A stretch of DNA of 48,823 bases. Origin: a virus. Taxonomy: Duplodnaviria; Caudoviricetes. This document shows, one piece after another, positions 8,360 through 17,813 of the stretch. The notes beneath the pieces were generated by a model. The model was not told the origin of the DNA and made no database searches. It saw only the letters and a program-made list of their open reading frames with translations. The number at the start of each line of letters is the position of its first letter. Position 1 is the stretch's first letter. A program made the position numbers and the translations under genes. The stretch spans positions 1 to 48,823 of the IMG/VR virus record IMGVR_UViG_3300005286_000036, one strand, 5' to 3'.

Positions 8360-9450
8360 TGGTCGCGCTCACCCTCCCGCATCCGACTGTTGACGCTATC
8401 GACGCGCACTACGCCGCGCATCAGGACCAACGGCCGCCGCAACGGCTCACCGCTCGGCTTCTGTCCGGCTGCGAGCGCGCCGGATGGTATGCCTTCCGCT
8501 GGGCTCACGAGCCGAAGGTGTTTGCCCCGCATCATGCTCGCGCCAACATGGCGCGGGCAATGGCCATGGACGAGCTGGGGCAGTGCCTGTCCGATATCGG
8601 CGTCACCGTTCTGCGGCTTGATCCGGTAACCTATCAGTCACGGGATATCGTCGCCCTCGACGGCCATTATCGGCAGAAGATCGCCGGCACGGCTCAGGGC
8701 ATCCTTGAGGCGCCAAAGACCGAGCATTTCCTCTACCTGGACCAATTGCCATCCAAGGCCGTGGCCCAAATCAAGAAGCATGGTCTCGCCGAAGCGCGGC
8801 CAGATCGTATCGCCCCGATTCAGATCGGCATGCACATGCTGGGCCTGACCCGGACCTTCTACATGGTTCGGGACAAGGACACCGACGAGCTGCATTCCGA
8901 ACGGATAGAATACGACGCGGCTCGCGCCTTGGCGCTGCTGGGCAAGGGCGAACGCATCCGCGATGCGTCCCAGCCACCGGTCCGGGTAAGTGATGACTGG
9001 CAGTATTTCGAGTGCCGCGGATGTCCGGCTGCCCACCTCTGCCATCAGAGCCAGTTCGCACTGCGCAACTGCCGGACCTGCCTGCATGCGACGCCTGTTC
9101 CTGACGGATGGCACTGTGCCAGGCATGACCGCGACCTGAGTGTCAACGACCAGGCCGCTGGTTGCCCCAACCATCTCTATCTGCCCGGCCTCGTGCCAGG
9201 TGAGCAGATCGACGCCGATGAGCGCGCCGAGACGGTGACCTACCGCCTCGCCGATCAATCCACATGGACCGACGGAGCCTTCGCGCCTCAATGCGAGGTC
9301 TGTGACGGATCGGGGAAAATCGCTGTCACCCGCTGGGGCTTCGACGGCGACAGTGATCGGCAGTATCCCGAAAGCGTCGATGAAGAGCCCTGCGAAGAGT
9401 GCGGGGGTACCGGACGTGTCCAATCTGAAACCGATGGAGCCCATCCATGA
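8359..9450 (+). CDS. Cas4-like Fe-S PD-(D/E)xK nuclease, catalytic motifs degenerate, C-terminal Zn finger
   Basis: CER..WYAFRW, EAPKT, CRGCPAAHLC, CRTCLH; CxxCxGxG twice at the C-terminus. Confidence 0.75.
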   Translation: MVALTLPHPTVDAIDAHYAAHQDQRPPQRLTARLLSGCERAGWYAFRWAHEPKVFAPHHARANMARAMAMDELGQCLSDIGVTVLRLDPVTYQSRDIVALDGHYRQKIAGTAQGILEAPKTEHFLYLDQLPSKAVAQIKKHGLAEARPDRIAPIQIGMHMLGLTRTFYMVRDKDTDELHSERIEYDAARALALLGKGERIRDASQPPVRVSDDWQYFECRGCPAAHLCHQSQFALRNCRTCLHATPVPDGWHCARHDRDLSVNDQAAGCPNHLYLPGLVPGEQIDADERAETVTYRLADQSTWTDGAFAPQCEVCDGSGKIAVTRWGFDGDSDRQYPESVDEEPCEECGGTGRVQSETDGAHP

Positions 9451-10592
9451 AGCTCGTCACCACGGCGCAGCAGCTTCGCAGCGCATTGCGCCTCTTCGCC
9501 AATATCATCGAGCCCCGCAATACCTATCCTGTGCTCGGCACCGTCCTGTTCGATGGCGCCAAGGTTCGCGGCACCAACCTCGATCAGGAGCTTGTCGTCA
9601 CGCTGGTCACCGCCGAAGCCAAGGGTAAGGCGGCTATCGATTACCGGACCTTGGCCCGACTGGTCGCGCTGATCCCCAGCGACGACACCGTGACGATCCT
9701 TGGCGGCAAGGACAGCGCCTCGATCTCATTCTCGTCAGGCCGCTATGACCTGCCGTGCTGTGACGCCGGCGCGTACCCCGAATTCAAATGGTCCGGGCAG
9801 GGCGCGGTTGAAGCCATCCCGGCATCCGGCCTCCGTGACGCCCTGGCCTTCGTGGCGCCGACTATCGGGCGAGAAGAAACCCGATACTACCTGTGCGGCG
9901 CATCCTTCCAGCGGAACCGGGCGGGCACTTCTGTACTGGTGACCACGGATGGGCATCGCATGTCGGTCACGCCCTTTGCCACCGAGCGAACCTTTGACGG
10001 CATGATCGTTCCGCGTCAGGCCGTCGACGCATTGCTCAAGATGGTGGAGCCCGCTCGGATCGAGCGGCTGCCCGATGAGACATTCCTCCGCTTTGCCTGG
10101 TCGGGTATGAGCCTGACCACCAAGTTGATCCAAGGAACATATCCGGATTGGCAGCGCGTCATTCCCCAATTTGACGGCCCGAGCATCACCTTCGATCGGA
10201 AGGAACTGGTAACCGCGCTGTTCCGCGTTGGCGCCATCGGCGCGCGCAGGCAAGGGCCGGCTGCGACATTGGCCTATGATGCCCTCGGTGCGACGCTCTC
10301 AGCCTCCTCCGCTGATTTCGGCACCGGGCGGGAATACCTTTCGAAAGCCGTCGTGGCCAATGTCGGCGGCGAGCAGACGGTCAGCTTCCGGTCGGACTAT
10401 CTGATCACGCTGCTCAAGGGCTTTTCCGGCCACGATCAGGTACGGCTTGATCTGATCAACGCCAATAACCCCATGCGGGTATCTGCCGGCGGCGATGCTT
10501 ACACAATCCTCATGCCGATGCGCGGCGCCAACGAAAAGCTGGCGCTCGAAACCCTCCACGAAGTCACGGCTATGGGGAGGGCAGCGGCATGA
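9447..10592 (+). CDS. dnaN: DNA polymerase III beta sliding clamp homolog
   Basis: TNLDQEL, ETRYYLCG, TTDGHRM, TKLIQGTYPDWQRVIP, ILMPMR. Confidence 0.9.
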   Translation: MKLVTTAQQLRSALRLFANIIEPRNTYPVLGTVLFDGAKVRGTNLDQELVVTLVTAEAKGKAAIDYRTLARLVALIPSDDTVTILGGKDSASISFSSGRYDLPCCDAGAYPEFKWSGQGAVEAIPASGLRDALAFVAPTIGREETRYYLCGASFQRNRAGTSVLVTTDGHRMSVTPFATERTFDGMIVPRQAVDALLKMVEPARIERLPDETFLRFAWSGMSLTTKLIQGTYPDWQRVIPQFDGPSITFDRKELVTALFRVGAIGARRQGPAATLAYDALGATLSASSADFGTGREYLSKAVVANVGGEQTVSFRSDYLITLLKGFSGHDQVRLDLINANNPMRVSAGGDAYTILMPMRGANEKLALETLHEVTAMGRAAA

Positions 10593-10789
10593 ATGCCATC
10601 AGCCTCTTGATCCATTGCGACATAGAAGCTGTGCCTGTGAGGCAGATGCCGACCACATGGCGCGAGCCCGCCCCTGGTGCGGTCGAGGCCGTCGCTGGGC
10701 GGCCAGTCGAGATCATTCACCAGTCTCCCCCCTGCTTCTCCTATTCGCGCCCGGCTCGCCGCGCGCCAACTGTGGAAGGCGCCAAATGA
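10589..10789 (+). CDS. Small ORF resembling a C5-methyltransferase fragment
   Basis: GRPVEIIHQSPPCFSYS resembles motif IV; ATGA overlaps at both ends. Confidence 0.55.
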   Translation: MNAISLLIHCDIEAVPVRQMPTTWREPAPGAVEAVAGRPVEIIHQSPPCFSYSRPARRAPTVEGAK

Positions 10790-12804
10790 ACGCCATCAAC
10801 CACAACTCCTTTCTGACCTTCGCCGAGGCTCACGGCTTCGACGTCACCCAAGAACTGGTCATCGACTGCTTTGCGGGCGGCGGCGGCGCGAGTGAGGGCA
10901 TGGAAATGGCCATGCGCCAGCTGCATGCCGAGGGGCGTTTGCCTCGGGATCATCGATGCGCCGTGGACATCGCGATCAACCATGATCCCAAGGCCATCGC
11001 CATGCACATGGCGAACCACCCGAAGACGTTGCACCTGACGGCGGACATCTGGACCGCCGATCCGCTGACGGTCACTGGCGGCATAGCCGTCGGCGCGCTG
11101 TGGGCCTCGCCGGACTGCCGCGGCTTTTCGAAGGCCAAGGGCGGCGCGCCGGTGAGCAAGTCCGTTCGCTCCCTCGCTTGGGTGGTGGCGCATTGGGCCG
11201 AGCAGGTGCGGCCGCGCGAAATCTACATGGAGAACGTCGAGGAGTTCATGGACTGGGGCGACCTGGACCCGTCCAGCAGGCCCGACAAGTCCAAGAAGGG
11301 CAAGGAGTTCAGCCGGTGGCTAAAGCGGTTCCGGGCCATGGGCTACAAGGTCGAGTGGCGGGTTCTCAAGGCCAACTTCTTCGGCGCCCCGACCATCCGC
11401 AAGCGCCTCTACATTATGATGCGCTGCGACGGCGAGCCGATCATCTGGCCGGAAGCCACGCATGCCGATATGAGGTCGCCAGAGGTAGCGTCCGGGGCGA
11501 AGAAGGCGTGGCCGGTGGCCGCCGACATTCTGGACTTTGACCGGCCCTGTCCGTCGATCCTGATGACCAAGGAAGAGGCCAGGGCCTACACCAAGGCCAC
11601 CGGCATCAAGGTCATCCGCCCGCTCGCGTTCAACAGCGAGGAGCGCATTGCCAAGGGCACCAAGCGCTATGTGATCGACAAGGGCGACGACGCCTTCGTC
11701 GTGCTCTGCAACCACAGCGGCTCGCAGTTTCGGGGGCAGGGGCTGGACGAAGGGTTCGCGACTGTCACGCGGGCCCGCGACGCTCACGGTCTGGTGGTGC
11801 CGCATCTGATGACGATGCGGAATGCCGCCAAGCCCTTCGGCGGCGCGGATGAGGCAACCCACACCATCACCGCGGGCGGGGCAGGGCTGGCGTCGGTCGA
11901 AGCCGAAATTGCGCCCTTCCTATCTCATGGGCAGCATGGGGGGCGCAGTCGTGCCGCCGATGATCCGGTCCATACCGTTGCCGCGTCCACCAAGGACACC
12001 AACCAGGTCGCCGCGGTCTACATCGCTCAGCACAATGGCGGCGAAGTGGGCCGTGCGGCAGGTGAGCCGGTGTCCACCGTCACGATGAAGGGTTCGCACC
12101 AGCAGGCCGTATCGGTCTACCTGGGACGGCAGTTCGGCAACTCTGTCGGGAGCGATGTCGAGGGGCCGGTCGGCACCATCATGGCCGACGTGGAGAAGAC
12201 GCAGGTCGTCTCTGCCCACATGATCTCGATGAAGGGCAGCGATCGTCGCGCGTCATCAGTCGAGAGGCCAGCGCACGCCGCCACCTCGCAAGGGCAGCAC
12301 CACGGCGTCGTCCTGCCCTTCCTGCATGCCTACTACGGGTCGGAAGAGACCGGCTTCACAGTCGAGGACTCCATCCGCACCGCGACGACAAAGGATCGCT
12401 TCGGGCTCGCGCAGGCCGAGGTCGATCAGGCCCCTCTGACCGATGCCCAGCTCGACAGCGCACGCAAGGTCGCTGCCTTCCTCCGGAAGTATGGATGCTG
12501 GGATGACCGCGAGTTCGTCACCCTGACCATCCGCGGTGTCCAGTACATCATCATCGACATCGGCATGCGGATGCTCACGCCACGTGAGCTAGCCCGGGCA
12601 CAGGGCTTCCGCGAGAGCTACATCCTCGCGGCGCCCTATAATGGCGGGTTCCTCACCGAAACCGACCAGCGGCACAAAATCGGCAACTCGGTCTGCCCGG
12701 ACATGGCCTACGTGCTGTTCCGCCATAACTATCGTCCCAAGCCTCGCCTCGTCGTGGACAACGACGCGCAGGGCTGGCTGTTCAGCTGGGGAGTGGCGGC
12801 ATGA
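10786..12804 (+). CDS. DNA (cytosine-5) methyltransferase with long repetitive variable region
   Basis: FAGGGG (I), SPDC (IV), ENV (VI), IRKR (VIII), RELARAQGF (IX), IGNSV (X). Confidence 0.93.
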   Translation: MNAINHNSFLTFAEAHGFDVTQELVIDCFAGGGGASEGMEMAMRQLHAEGRLPRDHRCAVDIAINHDPKAIAMHMANHPKTLHLTADIWTADPLTVTGGIAVGALWASPDCRGFSKAKGGAPVSKSVRSLAWVVAHWAEQVRPREIYMENVEEFMDWGDLDPSSRPDKSKKGKEFSRWLKRFRAMGYKVEWRVLKANFFGAPTIRKRLYIMMRCDGEPIIWPEATHADMRSPEVASGAKKAWPVAADILDFDRPCPSILMTKEEARAYTKATGIKVIRPLAFNSEERIAKGTKRYVIDKGDDAFVVLCNHSGSQFRGQGLDEGFATVTRARDAHGLVVPHLMTMRNAAKPFGGADEATHTITAGGAGLASVEAEIAPFLSHGQHGGRSRAADDPVHTVAASTKDTNQVAAVYIAQHNGGEVGRAAGEPVSTVTMKGSHQQAVSVYLGRQFGNSVGSDVEGPVGTIMADVEKTQVVSAHMISMKGSDRRASSVERPAHAATSQGQHHGVVLPFLHAYYGSEETGFTVEDSIRTATTKDRFGLAQAEVDQAPLTDAQLDSARKVAAFLRKYGCWDDREFVTLTIRGVQYIIIDIGMRMLTPRELARAQGFRESYILAAPYNGGFLTETDQRHKIGNSVCPDMAYVLFRHNYRPKPRLVVDNDAQGWLFSWGVAA

Positions 12805-14204
12805 CCCTCCACGCCTATCACCAGCTCATCGCCGAAAAGCGTGTCGCATTCGAGCCGCGTGGCTTCGCCCAGGTCGACGAGGGTGCGCTGCCATCGTGGA
12901 TGTTCGATCATCAGCGCCATGGCACGGCGTTCGCGCTCCGGTGCGGTTCGTCCGCCCTGTTCTATGACACTGGACTGGGCAAGACCGGCATGGCGCTCGC
13001 CTGGGGCGACGAGGTCGTGCGACGCACTAACAAGCCGGTGCTGATGCTCGCTCCGTTGGCCGTCGCCGCTCAGCACGTCGCCGAGGCCGAGAAGTTCGGC
13101 ATCAATGCCACGCAGAGCCGTACCGGCGCCGCGCCGGTCGATCCGCGCATCGTGGTGACAAACTACGAGCGCCTCGAGCTCATCAATCCCGACCTCTGGG
13201 GTGGTGTCATCCTCGACGAGAGCTCGATCCTCAAGAGCTTCACCGGCAAGACCACGCGGAAGCTGATCAACGCCTTCGCCCGCACCCCGTATCGGCTGGC
13301 GGCCACGGCAACCCCGGCACCCAACGATCACACCGAACTCGGCCAGCACTCGGCGTTCCTCGGCGTGATGGATTCGCCGGAAATGCTGTCCCGCTGGTTC
13401 ATCGCCGACCAAACGAACATGGGCCGGTACCGGCTCAAGAAGCCAGCCGTGCGCCCGTTCTGGGATTGGGTCGCGAGCTGGGCCCGAGCGGTTAGCAAGC
13501 CGTCCGATCTGGGCTTCTCCGATGAAGGCTTCGAGATGCCGCCACTTGAGCTTCACCGTCACCTGGTGGCAGCAGATCGGCGGATCGATGCCGGCGAAGA
13601 TCAGGACGGACAGCACCGCTTGTTTCGCATGCCGGATCTGTCGGCCACATCGGTGCACAAGGAGAAGCGCCTCACCACCGAACAGCGCGCCGCGAAGATC
13701 GCTGAGCTTGTCTCGGCCGAACCCGATGAGCCGTGGGTGATCTGGGTCGATACCGACTACGACGCCGATGCCATCACCGCAGTCCTGCCGGAGGCGGTCG
13801 AGGTCCGTGGGTCGATGCCCATCGAAAAGAAGGAGGAGCGGCTGCAAGCGTTTAGCGGCGGCCAAATCCGCGTCCTCCTGACCAAGTCCAGCATCGCCGG
13901 CTTCGGCCTCAATTGGCAGCACTGTGCGCGGCAGGCGTTCATGGGCCTCAGTTTCTCCTACGAAAGCTTCTATCAGGCCGTCCGTCGGTCCTGGCGGTTC
14001 CGGCAAACGCGGCCGGTGCACGTCCATGTCGTTTGCGCCGACACCGAGGATGCCATCTGGCACGTCATCAGCCGCAAGGCCGGTGACCACGACGCGATGA
14101 AAGAGGAGATGGCGGCCGCCATGGCGCGCGCCGCCCGCACCTCGAAAGTCCTTCAGACTTACTCACCCGATCAGGAGGCGCGGCTCCCCGCGTGGCTCGC
14201 ATGA
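12801..14204 (+). CDS. SNF2-like helicase
   Basis: DTGLGKT, LDES, TATP, GFGLNWQ, QAVRRSWRFRQ. Confidence 0.9.
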   Translation: MTLHAYHQLIAEKRVAFEPRGFAQVDEGALPSWMFDHQRHGTAFALRCGSSALFYDTGLGKTGMALAWGDEVVRRTNKPVLMLAPLAVAAQHVAEAEKFGINATQSRTGAAPVDPRIVVTNYERLELINPDLWGGVILDESSILKSFTGKTTRKLINAFARTPYRLAATATPAPNDHTELGQHSAFLGVMDSPEMLSRWFIADQTNMGRYRLKKPAVRPFWDWVASWARAVSKPSDLGFSDEGFEMPPLELHRHLVAADRRIDAGEDQDGQHRLFRMPDLSATSVHKEKRLTTEQRAAKIAELVSAEPDEPWVIWVDTDYDADAITAVLPEAVEVRGSMPIEKKEERLQAFSGGQIRVLLTKSSIAGFGLNWQHCARQAFMGLSFSYESFYQAVRRSWRFRQTRPVHVHVVCADTEDAIWHVISRKAGDHDAMKEEMAAAMARAARTSKVLQTYSPDQEARLPAWLA

Positions 14205-15112
14205 ACGTCATTGACCAGGCGTCCGGCACCGACTGGACCATCTACAACGCAGACACCGTCGAGTTCACGGCCGGCATCCCGGACAATTCGATCGACCTGA
14301 GCGTCTACTCGCCGCCCTTCTCGTCGCTCTACATCTATTCGGAGAGCGAGCGCGACATGGGTAATGTCGCCAGCCACGAGGAGTTCTTCGACAGCTATCG
14401 CCACTTGGTGCGGGAGAAATTCCGCATCACTAGGCCCGGCCGCAATAGCTGCATCCACATCAAGGACCTCGTCTATTACTCGAACAGCAGCGAGAAGGGC
14501 GACCGCGGCCTCTACCACTTCACCGGCGAGTGCATTCGCGTGCACGTCCAGGAGGGCTGGACCTTCCATCGCCTGATCACCATCCCGCGCGATCCGGTGA
14601 AGGAGATGCAGAAGACCAAGGCCGATCGCCTGCTCTTCAAGCACTTCCGCACCGACGCGGCCCGGGTCGGCGGCGCCTTGCCCGAATACATCGCTGTGTT
14701 CCGGAAGTGGGCCGACGGAATGGAGGACACCGCCCCCGTGGTCCATGACCCCAGCGAGTTCCCTCTCGAGATTTGGCAGGAATGGGCAGAGGCTGTCTGG
14801 CCGAACACCCGCGAGACGGACGTGCTCAACGCCAGCGCAAAGAGCGACGAGGAGCGGCACCTGTGCCCTATGCCCCTCGACCTCATCATGCGGTGCATCC
14901 TCATGTGGTCCAACAAGGGCGACACCGTCTATTCGCCGTTCACCGGCATCGGCAGCGAGGGGTATCAGGCGGTCCGGTACAACCGGCGCTTCATCGGTAC
15001 CGAGCTCAAGCCGGAGTATTTCCGGCAGGCGGTTCGCAATCTCAAGATTGCCGAAAAGTCTCGCGTCGTCGGTGACTTGCTGGACACCGTTCCGGAGGTC
15101 GCGGCGGAATGA
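14201..15112 (+). CDS. N4-C/N6-A DNA methyltransferase (beta class)
   Basis: SPPF catalytic motif, HLCPM, SPFTGIGS SAM-binding motif. Confidence 0.9.
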   Translation: MNVIDQASGTDWTIYNADTVEFTAGIPDNSIDLSVYSPPFSSLYIYSESERDMGNVASHEEFFDSYRHLVREKFRITRPGRNSCIHIKDLVYYSNSSEKGDRGLYHFTGECIRVHVQEGWTFHRLITIPRDPVKEMQKTKADRLLFKHFRTDAARVGGALPEYIAVFRKWADGMEDTAPVVHDPSEFPLEIWQEWAEAVWPNTRETDVLNASAKSDEERHLCPMPLDLIMRCILMWSNKGDTVYSPFTGIGSEGYQAVRYNRRFIGTELKPEYFRQAVRNLKIAEKSRVVGDLLDTVPEVAAE

Positions 15113-15441
15113 GCTATGGTGTTTCTGACTTCCCCAATCTGCAGTCCTCGATTTGGGACACGATCCGCGTCCCCGTGCGCGGCCCGATCAAGCGCATCGC
15201 CAACCAGATGTGTGCCGATGAGGGGTTCGACCCTGACATGGTGCGCAATATCTACCTGAGCCGGAAACTGACGCCCAAGGGTTTGGTGGAACTGCGCTGC
15301 CGCATTGTCGCAACGCTCGTCGCAGCAGGATTTGCGCTGTTCGAAATCCAGTACCAGTTCTTCACGGGCTTCAAGACCACGACCTTGCAGGACTACCTCT
15401 ACGATGGGCGCAAGCTCCTCAAGGAGGCCGAGGATGCCTGA
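15109..15441 (+). CDS. Hypothetical protein
   Basis: Translationally coupled 110-aa ORF. Confidence 0.6.
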   Translation: MSYGVSDFPNLQSSIWDTIRVPVRGPIKRIANQMCADEGFDPDMVRNIYLSRKLTPKGLVELRCRIVATLVAAGFALFEIQYQFFTGFKTTTLQDYLYDGRKLLKEAEDA

Positions 15442-15802
15442 CATTGCTGAGATTGCACGCCGGTCGCACGAGACTGGATTTGAACAGGGATCGATCGTAG
15501 CCGCTAACGCGATCCTTTCCTATCTCGAAAAGTTCGGGCCACACACGGCCGCGATGCTCAAGGCAGCGTGGGAAGCGGGGCGGATCGCTGAGGCATCAGG
15601 CTTGTCGCTAGCCTCCGATGCGACGACGCAATCACTCCCTGCGGTCGAATTCGATCCCGGGCCACGCAAGATGACCCGCGAGGAAGCGCGCGGGAAGGGC
15701 TTCACCGGCAATACTTGCTCGCACTGCGGTTCGAGCGAAATGCAGGTCGCCGGGCACTGCGAAGTCTGTGCCTCCTGCGGCACCACGACGGGGTGCAGCT
15801 AA
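15434..15802 (+). CDS. Protein with NrdJ-like C-terminal Zn ribbon
   Basis: Ends EARGKGFTGNTCSHCG..VAGHCEVCASCGTTTGCS; GGAGG RBS before ATG 15434. Confidence 0.7.
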   Translation: MPDIAEIARRSHETGFEQGSIVAANAILSYLEKFGPHTAAMLKAAWEAGRIAEASGLSLASDATTQSLPAVEFDPGPRKMTREEARGKGFTGNTCSHCGSSEMQVAGHCEVCASCGTTTGCS

Positions 15803-17418
15803 TGCTTGAGCTTCGTCCCTATCAGCGCGCCTCTATCGATGCGCTCTATGACTATTGGCAGGGTGGCGGCGGCAATGGCCTGCTGGTGCTGCCTACCGGT
15901 GCAGGCAAGTCGCTCGTGCTCGCATCGCTTTGCAAGGAAGTGCTGGCCGACTATCCGCAATTCCGTATCGGCGTGGTTACTCATAGCCGCGAGCTGATCG
16001 TCCAGAATTTCGGGGAGATCATGAAAATCTGGCCGTCGGCACCGGCAGGCATCTATTCCGCCGGAGTTGGTCGCCGCGACGCCAGGGCTAAGGTACTGTT
16101 TTGCGGCGTCCAGTCGGTTCACGCCAAGGCCAATGTCGTCGGGCCATTCGATCTGCTCATCGTCGACGAGGCGCACCTGATCCCGCGCAATAGCGCCACC
16201 ATGTACGGCCGCTTTATCCGCGATCTCCTGGAGCTGCAGCCCGATATGCGCATCGTCGGGCTGACCGCTACGCCATACCGGCTGGACAGCGGCCGGTTGG
16301 ACGAGGGCGAGGGGGCGATGTTCGATGACGTGGTCTATGAGGCCAATGTCGTTGACCTGATAGAAGCTGGTTACCTATCGCCACTGGTCAGTCGAGCCGG
16401 TGCCAGCCAAATCGACACCAGCAAGGTCCACACAAGGGCGGGGGACTTCGTCCAGTCCGAGCTCGAGGCTGAGGCCATGAAGGTGGTGCGCGAAGCCGTT
16501 GGTGAGCTCGTTGCCCTCGGCGGAGACCGCCGTGCCTGGCTGGCGTTCTGTTCCGGCGTTACCCATGCCGAGGCCGTCGCCGCGGAAATCAGGGCACATG
16601 GCGTCGAGGCGCAATCCGTCGATGGCTCGATGGACAAGGCCACTCGTGACCGTCTGATTACTGATTTCCGGCAAGGGCGCATCCGCTGCCTGACTTCGGT
16701 CAATGTGCTCTCGATCGGCTTCAATGTGCCTCACGTCGACTTGGTCGCCCTGATGCGCCCAACGAAATCTACGGGGCTCTATGTCCAGCAGGTCGGTCGT
16801 GGATTCCGTACCGCGCCGGGCAAAGAGAATGCCCTGATCCTCGACTATGCCGGCGTGGTGCGTCGCCACGGCCCGGTTGACGCCGTTCAGGGCAGCGACA
16901 GCGGCGGACGCGGCGTAGGGGGCAAAGCCGGCGCTGATACCGTGCTGGCCAAGGAATGCCCGGAGTGCAAGACGCTCGCCGCTTTGAACGCCCGGCAGTG
17001 CAAAATCTGCGATCACGTCTGGCCGTTTGAAGAAAAGCCCAAGCACGAGGCGCGGGCCGATGCCGAGGTGCCGATCCTGACGACGGAAAAGGTGCCGCCG
17101 AAAATGTTGCCCGTGGTGGAGTGGGAATTCCGCCGTTACCAGAAATCGGGCAGCCCGGATTCGGTGCGCGTCACCTTCTTTGCTGGTGTCCAGAGTTTTC
17201 CGGAATGGCTGGCCTTCGAATGGGCGGGCAGGGGGCGCCAGCACGCTTGTGAGTGGTGGATGATGCACGGCGGCGCCACGCCGTTCCCCAAGACCACCGA
17301 CGAGGCGCTTGAGCGGCAGGGCGAACTGACAATGCCCACCACGATCTCGGTCAGACCCAACGGGAAGTACTTCGACATCATCGGTCGGGCCTTCCCCAAG
17401 GCAGAGGCAGCGGAATGA
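15802..17418 (+). CDS. SF2 DEAH helicase (RadD/YejH-like)
   Basis: LRPYQ, PTGAGKS, DEAH, TAT, QQVGRGFR, C-terminal CPEC..CKIC. Confidence 0.92.
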   Translation: MLELRPYQRASIDALYDYWQGGGGNGLLVLPTGAGKSLVLASLCKEVLADYPQFRIGVVTHSRELIVQNFGEIMKIWPSAPAGIYSAGVGRRDARAKVLFCGVQSVHAKANVVGPFDLLIVDEAHLIPRNSATMYGRFIRDLLELQPDMRIVGLTATPYRLDSGRLDEGEGAMFDDVVYEANVVDLIEAGYLSPLVSRAGASQIDTSKVHTRAGDFVQSELEAEAMKVVREAVGELVALGGDRRAWLAFCSGVTHAEAVAAEIRAHGVEAQSVDGSMDKATRDRLITDFRQGRIRCLTSVNVLSIGFNVPHVDLVALMRPTKSTGLYVQQVGRGFRTAPGKENALILDYAGVVRRHGPVDAVQGSDSGGRGVGGKAGADTVLAKECPECKTLAALNARQCKICDHVWPFEEKPKHEARADAEVPILTTEKVPPKMLPVVEWEFRRYQKSGSPDSVRVTFFAGVQSFPEWLAFEWAGRGRQHACEWWMMHGGATPFPKTTDEALERQGELTMPTTISVRPNGKYFDIIGRAFPKAEAAE

Positions 17419-17813
17419 TGGCCAAGCGTGACAACTACACGCCAGAGCAGTGGGAGCGCGAGCGCCTCGCCAACCGACAGCGCATGGCCCGCCGACGCGC
17501 TGCAATGTCTCGGGAGGAACGATCTGCCGAGGCCGCCAGTCGCAAGCAGCGGGAGGCCGAAAAGGCCATTGCTGATCCGGTATGGGCGGACCTGCGCCGA
17601 TCTCGCGCGAGTGCTACCACCCGCCGATACTACGAGAGCCGGCGCGGGGACCCGGTGTTTTGGCAGAAGAGGCAAGAATATCTGCGTCGCTGGCGTCAGG
17701 AGCGTCGCGACGACGAGGCCTTCGAAGCCTTCATCGCCAGGATTGAAGCAGGTGACGCTGTCACCTGCAACGGCTCGCAAATTCAATCGGAGGATGGTGT
17801 CCATGACGTTTGA
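17415..17813 (+). CDS. Hypothetical charged helical protein
   Basis: R/E-rich ORF coupled to the helicase. Confidence 0.6.
   Translation: MMAKRDNYTPEQWERERLANRQRMARRRAAMSREERSAEAASRKQREAEKAIADPVWADLRRSRASATTRRYYESRRGDPVFWQKRQEYLRRWRQERRDDEAFEAFIARIEAGDAVTCNGSQIQSEDGVHDV

Noticed and set aside
8359-9450. Cas4-like gene as sign of a CRISPR-Cas locus
   Set aside because: No repeat-spacer array or other cas genes seen; context is the phage recombination module
5976-14090. Long minus-strand ORFs (e.g. 5976-7571, 12729-14090)
   Set aside because: Antisense shadows of well-supported GC-rich genes, with no recognisable motifs
10786-15112. Restriction-modification, BREX or DISARM system
   Set aside because: No nuclease or other system components; the genes sit in the phage early operon
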